Under the pieces are notes generated by a model. It was not told the origin of the DNA and did not search any database. It worked only from the letters and a program-made list of their open reading frames with translations. A DNA stretch of 64,000 nt, from the IMG/VR virus record IMGVR_UViG_3300021197_001654, positions 9,694-73,693 of that record; one strand, given 5' to 3'. The translations under genes and the position numbers were made by a program. The DNA is from a virus. How positions within the stretch are numbered: the first letter of the stretch is position 1; each line of letters begins with the position of its first letter. Below are positions 19,137-28,847 of the stretch, one piece after another.

Positions 19137-19558
19137 TGGCTGAATACGATGACATGATGGATGAGATGCGGAGAGGGGCGCAGAAGGCCGACTCCTGCCC
19201 CGCAGCAACTCAAAACGTAGAGCTAAACTTAGACAACCGCCAGAAGGCGTTAGACACCAAAGAATACGGCCCGGCTAACCCCGGACTTGACGCTGAGGGC
19301 GGGAACCAAGAGTTTTGGCAGCGCTACGCTGACCGCTTTAACGACACCATCGAAAACGTAATGACCATGCGGTGCGCTAATTGTAGCTTCTTCGACACGT
19401 CTGAAGACATGCAAGAGTGTATCGCTACAGGCATCGGAAACGAAGGCGACCCCGAGTCCGCCGTAGACGCCGGAGAACTGGGGTACTGCTCAGCGCTTGA
19501 CTTCAAGTGCGCGTCACAACGGGTCTGCATTATCTGGGCCGGGGCCGCAGATGGCTGA
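19136..19558 (+). CDS. Cys-rich protein with HiPIP-like cysteine spacing
   Basis: RCANCSFF...GYC-x12-C-x2-W; TAATG coupling. Confidence 0.7.
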   Translation: MAEYDDMMDEMRRGAQKADSCPAATQNVELNLDNRQKALDTKEYGPANPGLDAEGGNQEFWQRYADRFNDTIENVMTMRCANCSFFDTSEDMQECIATGIGNEGDPESAVDAGELGYCSALDFKCASQRVCIIWAGAADG

Positions 19559-19736
19559 TAAACCAAAAAGCAAAGTAAACGAGGCTGGGAACTATACAAA
19601 GCCCGGAATGCGCAAGCGCATGTTCCAGAGCATTAAGTCTGGCAGTAAGGGCGGAGGGTCCGGTCAGTGGTCTGCGCGCAAAGCTCAAATGCTTGCCAAG
19701 AGGTACAAGGCTAAAGGCGGGGGTTACAAGAACTAA
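19551..19736 (+). CDS. DUF5872-like basic protein, N-terminal half
   Basis: NYTKPGMRKR...GQWSARKAQMLAKRYKAKGGGY. Confidence 0.75.
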   Translation: MADKPKSKVNEAGNYTKPGMRKRMFQSIKSGSKGGGSGQWSARKAQMLAKRYKAKGGGYKN

Positions 19737-19987
19737 TGGCCCTCAAAAAACCTCAGCAGTCTCTAAAGACGTGGACAAAGCAGAAGTGGCGGACACCATC
19801 GGGTAAGCCGAGTGTGCAGGGTCCTAAAGCTACTGGTGAGGTTTACGCTCCGTCGGCAACCATCAAGAGCACTAAGAGATCGAAGCTGGCAGCCGCCACA
19901 AGAGCGAAGAGGAAGGCTACGGCAGAAGGTAAGCAGTTCGCGTCTCACGGCCTTCACAAAGGCAAAAACAGGTCAGGTACAGCATGA
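19736..19987 (+). CDS. DUF5872-like basic protein, C-terminal half
   Basis: QQSLKTWTKQKWRT...TGEVYAP...KRKATAEGKQF; TAATG overlap. Confidence 0.75.
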   Translation: MALKKPQQSLKTWTKQKWRTPSGKPSVQGPKATGEVYAPSATIKSTKRSKLAAATRAKRKATAEGKQFASHGLHKGKNRSGTA

Positions 19988-20445
19988 GTCTAATAATGAA
20001 CAACGTCGAGTGTACTGGTTGCGACTTCTTCGAAGAAGAGGCGATCTACCGTAGAGCCGATGGACCAGACAATTGCCCCGAGTGCGGAAGCAAACGGAAG
20101 ATGTCGTTTAAGGGACTACGCTACGCTATTCATGGTCAAGGACCAGGATCATTCGCCGCAGTCGACTTCGGTGTTCTCGGTAAAGCCGAGACTCGAGAAG
20201 ACTACGATCGATGTATTGCAACTATCGAAGAAAGATTCCCCGGAAAACGAGTTCACATCCAAGGCGAGAGTGACGCGCAAAAACAAACGCGCCTCGACAC
20301 TAAGCGCCACGAAAGTTGGAAGCGTAAGAAAGCTAAGGGACTCAACAACAAGATCCTCAAAGAAGTATCGACACACACGAAAAGACTTCAGTCTGAGGGG
20401 CGTAAAGAAACTAAAACCGCCGCTCAACTTGTTGGAGGTAAGTGA
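19984..20445 (+). CDS. FmdB-like zinc-ribbon protein with basic tail
   Basis: CTGC...CPECGS. Confidence 0.65.
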   Translation: MSLIMNNVECTGCDFFEEEAIYRRADGPDNCPECGSKRKMSFKGLRYAIHGQGPGSFAAVDFGVLGKAETREDYDRCIATIEERFPGKRVHIQGESDAQKQTRLDTKRHESWKRKKAKGLNNKILKEVSTHTKRLQSEGRKETKTAAQLVGGK

Positions 20446-20699
20446 TGCCCGATCCAAGCACGCGGGGCCTACTGTCAGATATTGAACTCGTCGAATACGC
20501 TCAACAAGAAGCCAGCAGAAAAAATAGATCTCTCCGAAAAGTAAAAGACGATACACTCAGAGACGCAAAGGTAGTTCAAGACAGGGCTACCGGAGAACAA
20601 ATCACTGTACCCAATAAATTTATTCTGTCCATCGGAATAAATTCTGCTTTCGAACTAATGAGGCCGGATCTTTTTACCGAGTACCGGCAACAAACTTAA
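20442..20699 (+). CDS. Hypothetical protein
   Basis: 85 aa, GGAGG RBS. Confidence 0.7.
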   Translation: MMPDPSTRGLLSDIELVEYAQQEASRKNRSLRKVKDDTLRDAKVVQDRATGEQITVPNKFILSIGINSAFELMRPDLFTEYRQQT

Positions 20700-20731
20700 T
20701 AACCAAACTGGTAATATTACCACTACGCAAT
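20700..20731 (+). promoter_or_regulatory. Extended -10 promoter (TGgTAATAT) flanked by two operator-like sites
   Basis: TAACC-aaact-GGTAA (20700-20714) and TTACC-actac-GCAAT (20717-20731). Confidence 0.5.
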
Positions 20732-20742
20732 AGGACTTTACC

Positions 20743-21219
20743 ATGGCCCAAGAAACACCGATGTCTCCCGAAGAAGATGCCAAAGAAATGAGCGCCCTTA
20801 AGGCTCTATTCGATGCCGCAGATGCCGAGGCCGAAGCTGAAGGCGCACCAGATGCTCCCAGCATGGAAGAAGGTCCTGACATGGCTAGCGTGGCGCCCGC
20901 AGTCGAGCCTACCGGCGAAGAGGACATGCCTGCTGCCGGCGACGGCGACCTGGCCCCTCTTATGGAGACCCTTGGAGCCACCGAAGAGCGCGCAAAAATG
21001 CTCTACGACGCGGCGCAACAGATCGACAAGACCGCAGGCAAGACTCCTCAAGAGCTTGCCGATATGATCGCAGATGACTTTGATATCCTTATGCAGCTTG
21101 AGATGGTAGCGGCCCGTGGCGAAGGCGGAGCGATGGGAGCACCTGCTGCAGAAGGAATGATGCCTGCCGGACCCGAAGGGATGCCTGCGGGTGAAATGAT
21201 GCCGCCAGAAGGTATGTAA
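20743..21219 (+). CDS. Acidic Met/Pro-rich head-module protein
   Basis: 158 aa, very acidic, precedes scaffold. Confidence 0.75.
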   Translation: MAQETPMSPEEDAKEMSALKALFDAADAEAEAEGAPDAPSMEEGPDMASVAPAVEPTGEEDMPAAGDGDLAPLMETLGATEERAKMLYDAAQQIDKTAGKTPQELADMIADDFDILMQLEMVAARGEGGAMGAPAAEGMMPAGPEGMPAGEMMPPEGM

Positions 21220-21221
21220 AT

Positions 21222-22178
21222 ATGTGGGAAGAGGACAACGAAGCAGTCACTGATGAGCAAGAGGCGCCTGCGGCAGAAGTTGCTGCAGAGCCCGCAGCGG
21301 AAGCGCCTGCCGAGACTCCGGTCGAAGCGGCACCCGTGGAAAGCTCAGAAGGAGTATCAAGCGCCGCGCCAGAAGTATTCGACTGGAACGGCGAACTTGA
21401 GAGTCTTCGACAAGAGCAATGGTTCAACGAACTAGACGAAAATATGCGCTCGTCGATGACTAAGGGATTCGAGACTAAGTACCAGAACTGGGCTCGCGGA
21501 TACCAAAAGAAGTTCGACGAACTGTCAACTCAACGACGCGAAGCTGATCGTGTTCTCGAAGCCGCAAGAACGCAAGAGCGGAAGGTAATGCAGTGGCTCC
21601 ACGGTGACGTGGATCCGATGGTCGAAAAGCAGAAGGAAGTCGACAACCTCAAGGTCGCCCATCGCGCAGCACTGGAAACTCTCCGCGAACGCGCAGAGAT
21701 AGAGCACGAAAAAGTAAAGAAAGCTTTCGGTGCTGATCTGGAAACTGCTGCGGCGGCTCGCGATCAGGCAATACAACAGCACGTACAACTACAAAAAGAA
21801 CTCGATACGTACGAGGAAGCCGCGACAGAGCAACAAGTCGACTCGATCGAAAAGTACCTGATGGCTAACGGGTCAGATATCTATGAGAACGACGAAGCTT
21901 TCGAGGCCTTTCTAGGTGCCTGGAAGGGCGGCTTTGAGATCGACCAAGCAATTAAGATGGTCCGAGCGCTTATGCCCCCACCACCTGAGCCCGAGCCAGA
22001 GCCCGAGCCTGAACCAGTGCCAGAGCCCGACCCCATACCCGAAGGCATGAAGCTCATGAACATGAAGCCCGATGCGGCAGCAGCTACCGAGGGCGGGAGC
22101 CCCCAGTCGTTCGAAGAGATGATGATGTCGCTAAAGAAAGAAGGACAACGCGAAGCCGATATTGTTCGCAACGCGTAA
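21222..22178 (+). CDS. Capsid scaffolding protein
   Basis: Acidic disordered N-terminus, long coiled coil (GYQKKFDELSTQRRE), (EP)n linker, short C-terminal helix. Confidence 0.72.
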   Translation: MWEEDNEAVTDEQEAPAAEVAAEPAAEAPAETPVEAAPVESSEGVSSAAPEVFDWNGELESLRQEQWFNELDENMRSSMTKGFETKYQNWARGYQKKFDELSTQRREADRVLEAARTQERKVMQWLHGDVDPMVEKQKEVDNLKVAHRAALETLRERAEIEHEKVKKAFGADLETAAAARDQAIQQHVQLQKELDTYEEAATEQQVDSIEKYLMANGSDIYENDEAFEAFLGAWKGGFEIDQAIKMVRALMPPPPEPEPEPEPEPVPEPDPIPEGMKLMNMKPDAAAATEGGSPQSFEEMMMSLKKEGQREADIVRNA

Positions 22179-22180
22179 AT

Positions 22181-22220
22181 AAAAAACCCCCGGCTGCCTA
22201 AGCGACCGGGGGTTTTTCTT
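22181..22220. terminator. Bidirectional intrinsic terminator
   Basis: AAAAAA-CCCCCGG-loop-CCGGGGG-TTTTTCTT between convergent genes. Confidence 0.88.
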
Positions 22221-22232
22221 TGTCTACGTTGT

Positions 22233-22892
22233 TTAGGCGTAGATAACGTAAGTAGCGTCGTCGGTGGACGAAGCATGGTGGATCGTCAGTGTACCCGATG
22301 CAATGACCGCACCTGTTGTCGCGATGTTCGCGTCCATCGACACAACCACAGGAGCCCCGTCCAACTCAGCAGTAAACCCTGTGACGGTAGACGATGTACC
22401 GCTGCAGGTAACCTTACCAATCATCGGAGTGCTGTTAGCATCGCCCGGCGAAAGAACGTACGATCCCAGTGAGGCGTGAACCTTAGTGATTCGACCGACA
22501 CGAACGTTGAGCGAAAACGCAGCACCGTCAGCCGTAGCCGCAGGAACGGCACCCAAAACTACACCGCCCTCAGAACCAGCAACTGTGCTGAGATAAACTG
22601 CATCGCCAACCTGAGCCGCAGCAGAAGTATCAACACCCGTCACAACCTTGTAAGGAAGCGCGAGAGCCGTGTACTCACCAGCAGCAGCAGCGTAGTCAGC
22701 TACAAAGAATGGGCCGCGACACTTGGAAATGCTTCCTGGATCAGCAGGCTCAACTGACATGAAGTCACCCTGCATACCAGTAGCTACGATAATATCGTTC
22801 GCTGCGATAGCAGAGGCGCAGTACACCTTGAGAGCGTTTGTGCGTGTCTTAGTGACACCAGCGATAATCTGTTCTTGCTTAAACTTAGCCAT
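22233..22892 (-). CDS. Second capsid decoration/fibre-like protein
   Basis: Ala/Gly/Thr-rich; GVDTS...VGDAVYLST...G...VGRI cement-like pattern. Confidence 0.55.
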   Translation of the reverse strand: MAKFKQEQIIAGVTKTRTNALKVYCASAIAANDIIVATGMQGDFMSVEPADPGSISKCRGPFFVADYAAAAGEYTALALPYKVVTGVDTSAAAQVGDAVYLSTVAGSEGGVVLGAVPAATADGAAFSLNVRVGRITKVHASLGSYVLSPGDANSTPMIGKVTCSGTSSTVTGFTAELDGAPVVVSMDANIATTGAVIASGTLTIHHASSTDDATYVIYA

Positions 22893-22958
22893 GATTTCTC
22901 CAGCCCCTCAGAGGGGGTTTCAATACGCAGAAGTGCGTGAGGAGACTATATCACTTCC

Positions 22959-25900
22959 TCACGAACCCGTCTCGGACTTCTTAGCAGCCTTCTTCTCGGC
23001 TTTCTCAGCTTTTTTCGCCGCCTTGGCTTCGGCTTTTTCGGCCTTCTTCTGCTTTCTCTTAGCGAGACGCTCAGAAATGTTAGCCTTAAAGGCGTCAACC
23101 GTGTCGTCCTCAACAACTCGACCCCGAAGCGCATCAGAGTCAAGCCTGGCTACCGCCGCCGCTTGTTTCTGCTCGGCTGTCATCCGGGGACCGGCAACAC
23201 GAGAACTCTCGGGAATTAGGCCCGATGAGACCCCGAGATCCAGGCGCTGCTCCGTCAATGGGCTTATCGACGATTCAGCCGCCGCGGCCAACTCCTCATC
23301 GGTTGGTGGCTTAGGCTTAGGCTTAGGCTTACGACGCGCCTCCTCAAATGTTAGCGTACCCGTATCGTCGCGCGTAACCTTAGCGTCAGTAGTCGACCCT
23401 CCACGACGCACTGTAGCGCCAGCAGGTAACGGATAACGCTGCTCGTAAACCGACGTTTGAGTGGGGTCGGGACCAGTATCTACCGAACGAGGGCGTGGGT
23501 CCAGTGTAGGCGTCGCGGGACCAAATTCGTACTTACCGCCAGTGCTACCAGGAGGCAACTCGAACAGCGGGCCACGACTCTGGGCGGACATCAACGAAGC
23601 TGCGTCAGTTCCCGAGGGAGTCGACGCAAACTCGGCTAGCTTCATGGGATCCGTCGGAGCCGAAAGGATCATACCCTCTGCGTCTACCTCAGGCGCAGCC
23701 GCCCGCCGCGCGCGCAGACGCTCTTCGATCAACTGTTGTTTCAGCGAGTCCCAAGACTCTAAGCGATCGTCCTTAAACCGAAGCGGTCGCGTCGGAGGAG
23801 CAGCCGGCAAGCTCGACTCGATTTCAGCAATCTCTTCCAATACATCAGGATTGTCCTTGAATATGAGCTTCGCCTCTTCTACGTTATCCAGCAACTCAAG
23901 CTCAGACATGGTCGGGAAAGAGTCATCCCGAGCCTGATCGAGCAATTCTTTTTCGGCGAAGTCTTTATCTACTTTCGCCTGCTGCTTCACCCCGTAGACT
24001 TGATCGAGATAGTCGGACTCGTCGCCAACATAGCCACCTCGAGACGCGGCCTGCTCCGCCCTTACATCAGCCTCAAATGCCTCTTGCGCGTCCCGGTCGA
24101 AATTGGGAGATTCTTCTAAATCACTAACCCTCTGCGCCATAGGTCTTGCGTCTTTAACTCCTTTCGCTGGGGGCTTCGCCGCCTTCGGCTTGGCTGCCAT
24201 CGGCGTGAGAGGTAAGTGTTGAAGAGGTAGGTCAGACTCCTCGACGACATCTGGGGCCCCTCTCAAGGCTTTACGCCTAGCCAAAGATTTAGCCTCGACC
24301 TTTGCGGCAATGTCGTCCACTGTAGCCGGGGCGGGCTCCGAAACCGTCGGCAATTTAGGCGGCTTGGCGGCGTCGGTAGCCTCCACCTTACTGCCCTTCC
24401 CGCTACCCACGATACGCTCAATCAAGTCAGCCTTGCGCATCTTGTAGTAGCCCTTAACGCCAAGCTTCTTTGCCTCCGCCTTGAGTTCCCTGACCGTTTT
24501 CTTGGATAACTCACTTGCTTCGTCACGCTTAGGGCGACGCCGAAGAGTGTCGTCAGACACGCGCTCCGTAGTATGAGTCGTGCTCTCAGGCTTAGTAGGT
24601 AAGCTAGACTCAACGACTGGGGCCCCCTGCGGCGGAACCTCAGAAACCTGGGCAGGAACACCCGCCGCCTCTCTTGAGCGAGCCCGGCGACGTTCACCCT
24701 GTTCGATCTCTCGATTAACCCTCTTCGATGGAGTGCGTCCCGGCTGGCGGCGAAGAAAGTCGCGATTAACGCTCTCAAGATCTGCGGCACCAACAATCTC
24801 TTGACCCTCATCGAGGATATCGGTGCTACCGTCAATAGGGTTCTTAACGACGCGCTGGCCCTGCCTACGCAGGGTAAAAATTAGGTCTCGTGCCCGGTCA
24901 CCCTCGTCCTGCGCAGTAGCCTCAGCCACCATCTCAAGCTCAGCATCATTGAACCTAGGGTTGCGATCAAAAGCTTTCCGCGCCGCAACTTCTTGAGCCT
25001 GAGCCCTCAGCGCCTGCAGTGCATCATAGGCCTCATCATCAGCAACTCTTCGCGCCGAAGGAGTCTCCGGAAACGCCTTGCTCTGAAGCTTCTTACGGGC
25101 TTCTTTAAGCTCCTCTTCGGTCTTAATCTTTCGCTGATGGGCAAACAGAGCCTCGTCATCCGAAGGAACGTAGTCAGCATCCGTAAGCTTAGGCTCGGGA
25201 GTAGGCTTACCATCAGGACCCTTACGACCAGCCTCACGCCACTCACGGCGACGCTGCTCAAGAGCTAGACGAGCGCCACCATCTTGGCGCGGTTTACCTT
25301 CAGCATCTGTCGTACGCAGCTTACGCGCGGCTGTTTTCCCCGTTTCGGGGTCGATGTTAAAGTAAGTCTTCTCGTAATCTATTGGTTGGCGGCCCGGAGC
25401 AACGCGATCCTTAAACTCGTTCTCCTCCTGGGATGCGTTGCGCAGAGCACGATCCTCCGACTCACGTAGGTCCCTCTCTCTGTCGGGCGTTCTCTGGCCT
25501 GACTTCTTCCCCGCCGTGGCCGCCGCTGCGCTCGCACGCCGCCTCTCCATGACGTCGACGGCCTCCCCTCTGTTACCCGCAATATTAGGATCCTTGTACC
25601 ACTCGTCACCAGACCATATACCTTCGCCCGCCTCACGCTCGGCGTTACGTCCAAGAACAGGCATCTCGCGCTTAATTCGCTCAGCAGCTTGTGACCGAGT
25701 CAGATAGTCAGGATTCTTCGGACCAAGTGTCGTCTTCGCTATGATCTCACGCAGAACCGATCGGGCCGTCTTAGTCGAGGGCGAGTCCGGGTAGGCGAGA
25801 AGATTATCCAGCGCGTCACGAGGAATCTGATCCTCAAAGAAGCTAGTCTTCCGCCCACTACTCGCCAGATTAAAGTCATGATCCGCCTTGTCGAAAGCAT

Positions 25901-26585
25901 CACGTTTCTGCTGTTCCCGAAGTGCCCCCGCAAAGTACTCCTCCTCAGCCTTCTCTATCTGACCACCCTTCAATATCTCTAGCTGATTACGCTTGGCCGC
26001 GGCCTGAGCAGGCGTCAAATTACCTGCAACGAGGTCAGCATCAATCGCCTCCGTCCGACGAGCAACCTCACGGTTGATCCGAGCTGTTTGCGCCCTCAGT
26101 TGAATACCCGAAGGCCCCGGTAGCCGCGCCAACTGCTTCGCACTATAAAAAGGGAAATAGGCTGCTGCCATACCCAAGCCGACGTTCAACCCTATTTCTT
26201 CTTTCGACTCATCGTCCACGACGCCGCGAGCCACTCGACCGACCGTACCGACAATGTCAGAGGCCGGCGTAGGGTCTACAAGAGAGGCGCGGTCAGTCGC
26301 TATGATAAACGCATCGATAGGGCGCTGACCGTAAAGTTCAGCCTTTACTCGACGCTCTTCCCGAACCCGCTCTTGCTGCTCCGGAGTCAACGCGTTGAAG
26401 GCAGCCAATGCCTTGCGCTGAGCCTCGGTTAGCTGAGTACCCTGTAATATCGAACCGGTAGCAGGAGCTACAGTCTCAGTGTCGAACCCTATGCCCTTGA
26501 GAGGATCGACAGCATCCGGGTTCGGTTGAAGCTCTAGCGGAAGCGTAGAGCGAGCGCGAAATTCTTTCGGTAAACGATCGCTCAT
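22959..26585 (-). CDS. 1208-aa largely low-complexity protein with a Rho_N-like (HeH) nucleic-acid-binding module
   Basis: ELSKKTVRELKAEAKKLGVKGYYKMRKADLIERI; Lys/Ala-rich C-terminus. Confidence 0.7.
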   Translation of the reverse strand: MSDRLPKEFRARSTLPLELQPNPDAVDPLKGIGFDTETVAPATGSILQGTQLTEAQRKALAAFNALTPEQQERVREERRVKAELYGQRPIDAFIIATDRASLVDPTPASDIVGTVGRVARGVVDDESKEEIGLNVGLGMAAAYFPFYSAKQLARLPGPSGIQLRAQTARINREVARRTEAIDADLVAGNLTPAQAAAKRNQLEILKGGQIEKAEEEYFAGALREQQKRDAFDKADHDFNLASSGRKTSFFEDQIPRDALDNLLAYPDSPSTKTARSVLREIIAKTTLGPKNPDYLTRSQAAERIKREMPVLGRNAEREAGEGIWSGDEWYKDPNIAGNRGEAVDVMERRRASAAAATAGKKSGQRTPDRERDLRESEDRALRNASQEENEFKDRVAPGRQPIDYEKTYFNIDPETGKTAARKLRTTDAEGKPRQDGGARLALEQRRREWREAGRKGPDGKPTPEPKLTDADYVPSDDEALFAHQRKIKTEEELKEARKKLQSKAFPETPSARRVADDEAYDALQALRAQAQEVAARKAFDRNPRFNDAELEMVAEATAQDEGDRARDLIFTLRRQGQRVVKNPIDGSTDILDEGQEIVGAADLESVNRDFLRRQPGRTPSKRVNREIEQGERRRARSREAAGVPAQVSEVPPQGAPVVESSLPTKPESTTHTTERVSDDTLRRRPKRDEASELSKKTVRELKAEAKKLGVKGYYKMRKADLIERIVGSGKGSKVEATDAAKPPKLPTVSEPAPATVDDIAAKVEAKSLARRKALRGAPDVVEESDLPLQHLPLTPMAAKPKAAKPPAKGVKDARPMAQRVSDLEESPNFDRDAQEAFEADVRAEQAASRGGYVGDESDYLDQVYGVKQQAKVDKDFAEKELLDQARDDSFPTMSELELLDNVEEAKLIFKDNPDVLEEIAEIESSLPAAPPTRPLRFKDDRLESWDSLKQQLIEERLRARRAAAPEVDAEGMILSAPTDPMKLAEFASTPSGTDAASLMSAQSRGPLFELPPGSTGGKYEFGPATPTLDPRPRSVDTGPDPTQTSVYEQRYPLPAGATVRRGGSTTDAKVTRDDTGTLTFEEARRKPKPKPKPPTDEELAAAAESSISPLTEQRLDLGVSSGLIPESSRVAGPRMTAEQKQAAAVARLDSDALRGRVVEDDTVDAFKANISERLAKRKQKKAEKAEAKAAKKAEKAEKKAAKKSETGS

Positions 26586-26887
26586 TTGAACAACGACCTA
26601 CCCATCTGACCGACCAGCGTACTACCCGGACCATGAAGCACAGCCCCGCCAGCAAGCGAACCTATAGGGCCCGCGACTTTAGATGTGATCGTACGGCCCT
26701 CGTTCAGGCCCTCGGCAAGCTCGGCATCGGCACCAGATAGCCGGCTGTAACGACGCTTCTTGAGTTTGCCCGCAATATCAGACGGCGAGGACGTTCTAAG
26801 AAGCTGGCTGAGCCTCGGCTTGTCTGCCTGACCAGTTTTACGAGCCAATTCTTCGGCAAAAGGTATCCCAGCTATTGGCATGATCAT
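26582..26887 (-). CDS. Hypothetical protein with glycine-zipper-like C-terminus
   Basis: GPIGSLAGGAVLHG; GGAG RBS. Confidence 0.6.
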   Translation of the reverse strand: MIMPIAGIPFAEELARKTGQADKPRLSQLLRTSSPSDIAGKLKKRRYSRLSGADAELAEGLNEGRTITSKVAGPIGSLAGGAVLHGPGSTLVGQMGRSLFK

Positions 26888-26958
26888 AACTATATCTCCG
26901 TACGGTACCAGGATAACACGAAAAATACGGCCGTGTTACCGCACCCAAGCCGGATAAA

Positions 26959-27147
26959 TCAGTCGCTGCCTTTGAGCCCGTAGTTATCCTTGGCCCAGCC
27001 GCCACCTTTGAGCGTAAAACTTGTGCGTGCGGGCTTCTTACTCATCTGACGCGTACATTCGGTGCAATCAGGCCACGGATCGGCAAATTTCTGCAGAATT
27101 TCCGTGGATTTACCGCATATGTCGCAGGCAAATACGTATAAGGGCAC
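26959..27147 (-). CDS. FmdB family zinc-ribbon protein
   Basis: MPLYVFACDICG...CTEC...FTLKGGGWAKDNY. Confidence 0.88.
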   Translation of the reverse strand: MPLYVFACDICGKSTEILQKFADPWPDCTECTRQMSKKPARTSFTLKGGGWAKDNYGLKGSD

Positions 27148-27149
27148 GA

Positions 27150-27551
27150 TTACTCCTCTGATGGCGCGGGCTCGCGCACATATCGGTCGATAAACGCGTC
27201 AGTGGCGTCTTCTCGGCTCTGTATAGGGTTTAGTTCGCCGGGAGGTAGACTAACACCCACCGGATCAAGGTTAAATGACGCTATAAAGGGGGTATGGGGC
27301 CCCGCCCAGCACCCCTCTACGTTGTAACAGAAGTAATCAAGCGCTTCTTCGTACGATGCGCCCCGATCTACAAGTATCTGTAGGCACTTTTCGCGGTCAT
27401 ACAGGGCCAGAGCCTCCGTTGCGCACCGAGCAACGATGCCTACAAGGGCCTCGTCGAAGCCGTCGTACATGATCGCCTCCGGATTTAGCTCCTCTAAAGT
27501 CGAAACAATGTCCGCTGGCGTCGAAACTTCGATACTCATCATCCACCCCAC
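27150..27551 (-). CDS. Conserved phage protein
   Basis: DGFDEALVGI...YDREKC...EEALDYFCYNVEG.W.G..TP pattern. Confidence 0.75.
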   Translation of the reverse strand: MGWMMSIEVSTPADIVSTLEELNPEAIMYDGFDEALVGIVARCATEALALYDREKCLQILVDRGASYEEALDYFCYNVEGCWAGPHTPFIASFNLDPVGVSLPPGELNPIQSREDATDAFIDRYVREPAPSEE

Positions 27552-28126
27552 CCATGCGGCACAAGATGACCCGGTCCATACGGGGTATCCTGCACCTTAA
27601 CTACCTTACCCGCCGGGTCAGACCCGTCATAAGCCGCGATATCTTGGAGCGATGGGTCCGGAGACCAGTAAAACACCATGGTCTCCTCCCCTACTCGACC
27701 CCAGTAACGACGCCAACCCTGACGATCATAGTAAGAATGCACATCACCATGTGCCTCAGGCACCCGCTCGCTCGCACGCCACGCGTTCCAGCCGTCCGGT
27801 ATACGGATCATACCTGCATTATCGCGCGGAGCGTCAACGACAGACCTGGATTCGGCGACTACGTCGTCATCAACCGCAGCTTTTGGGGGTTCGGTACCAG
27901 CAGACATGGTGGTCGTGGGGCCCCCAGAGGGGGTGGCACTCGAGCCAGGCGGTGGCGGCGCAAGATTCGCGTCCTTTAAACCCCGAACAAGCGCCAGGCG
28001 GGCGACAGTCTCGCGTGTAACCACTATGCCAAGCTCCCGAACGGCCTCCGAGTCGCTCACAATAGGCACTAACTCGTCTAGCTGAGCCAATATCTTGTCG
28101 TCGATCGGTACTTCGATTGTCTTCAC
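27539..28126 (-). CDS. Hypothetical protein (N-terminal RHH-like segment)
   Basis: GTG start with GGAGG; KTIEVPIDDKILAQLDEL. Confidence 0.65.
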   Translation of the reverse strand: MKTIEVPIDDKILAQLDELVPIVSDSEAVRELGIVVTRETVARLALVRGLKDANLAPPPPGSSATPSGGPTTTMSAGTEPPKAAVDDDVVAESRSVVDAPRDNAGMIRIPDGWNAWRASERVPEAHGDVHSYYDRQGWRRYWGRVGEETMVFYWSPDPSLQDIAAYDGSDPAGKVVKVQDTPYGPGHLVPHGWGG

Positions 28127-28670
28127 AGAACCCTCCTGGCCGGAAACCTACCACGAGTAGCGCTTCGTAGCAAGGTGGTAATACCATTGTGGTAAGGTGT
28201 TTTGAGAAATATGTCCGGTCGGGGAAACGCTCCCCCAAAAAAGGTACCATGGAGGATCACAGGGGGGTGTACCCCCCTCTCGCACCACGGCGAAGAGAGA
28301 CACACTCCGGCGAGCACCTATTAACCTCATCCTTACTACTAACTGGGGGCGAAGACTAACTCCATCACGGCGGGCCCAAACTTTTTTCCACGGCGGGGGG
28401 GAAGGCAAGGTCAATGGCGGGCCGGGTGAGGAGACAAGAACTGTGGGGGGGATTGGCGTTGAGTAAAGTCTGGTGCCCTGTGCCCAGTCCGCCCGCGATC
28501 AAGCCCTTCAGTCATACCATGCGTTCAGAACCCTGGGTGAAACAAAGGTATATTTTTTAACCCCAGAAAATATCTTCCTTTCTTTCACCCACGAACCTGC
28601 CCACCTGGTCGGACTGGGTCGTGATCGGGACGGCCCGGTCACAGTTCCCCAGCCTTTACAGGAGATAGAA

Positions 28671-28847
28671 ATGAGTACTATGAAATCGTTGTTCGAACGT
28701 CAACTGGTTCCCATGGACGGTCAACTCGCTTACGGCGACAAGACCAGGCCATCGAGAGAGAAGCAGCCGGCGCAACAGACCTTGTTCCCCACCATCTACC
28801 ACAACCTCGCAGCGAAGACAGCGACACCGGAAGGAGGTGCCAAATGA
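28671..28847 (+). CDS. Early small protein (58 aa)
   Basis: AGGAG RBS before ATG 28671. Confidence 0.6.
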   Translation: MSTMKSLFERQLVPMDGQLAYGDKTRPSREKQPAQQTLFPTIYHNLAAKTATPEGGAK

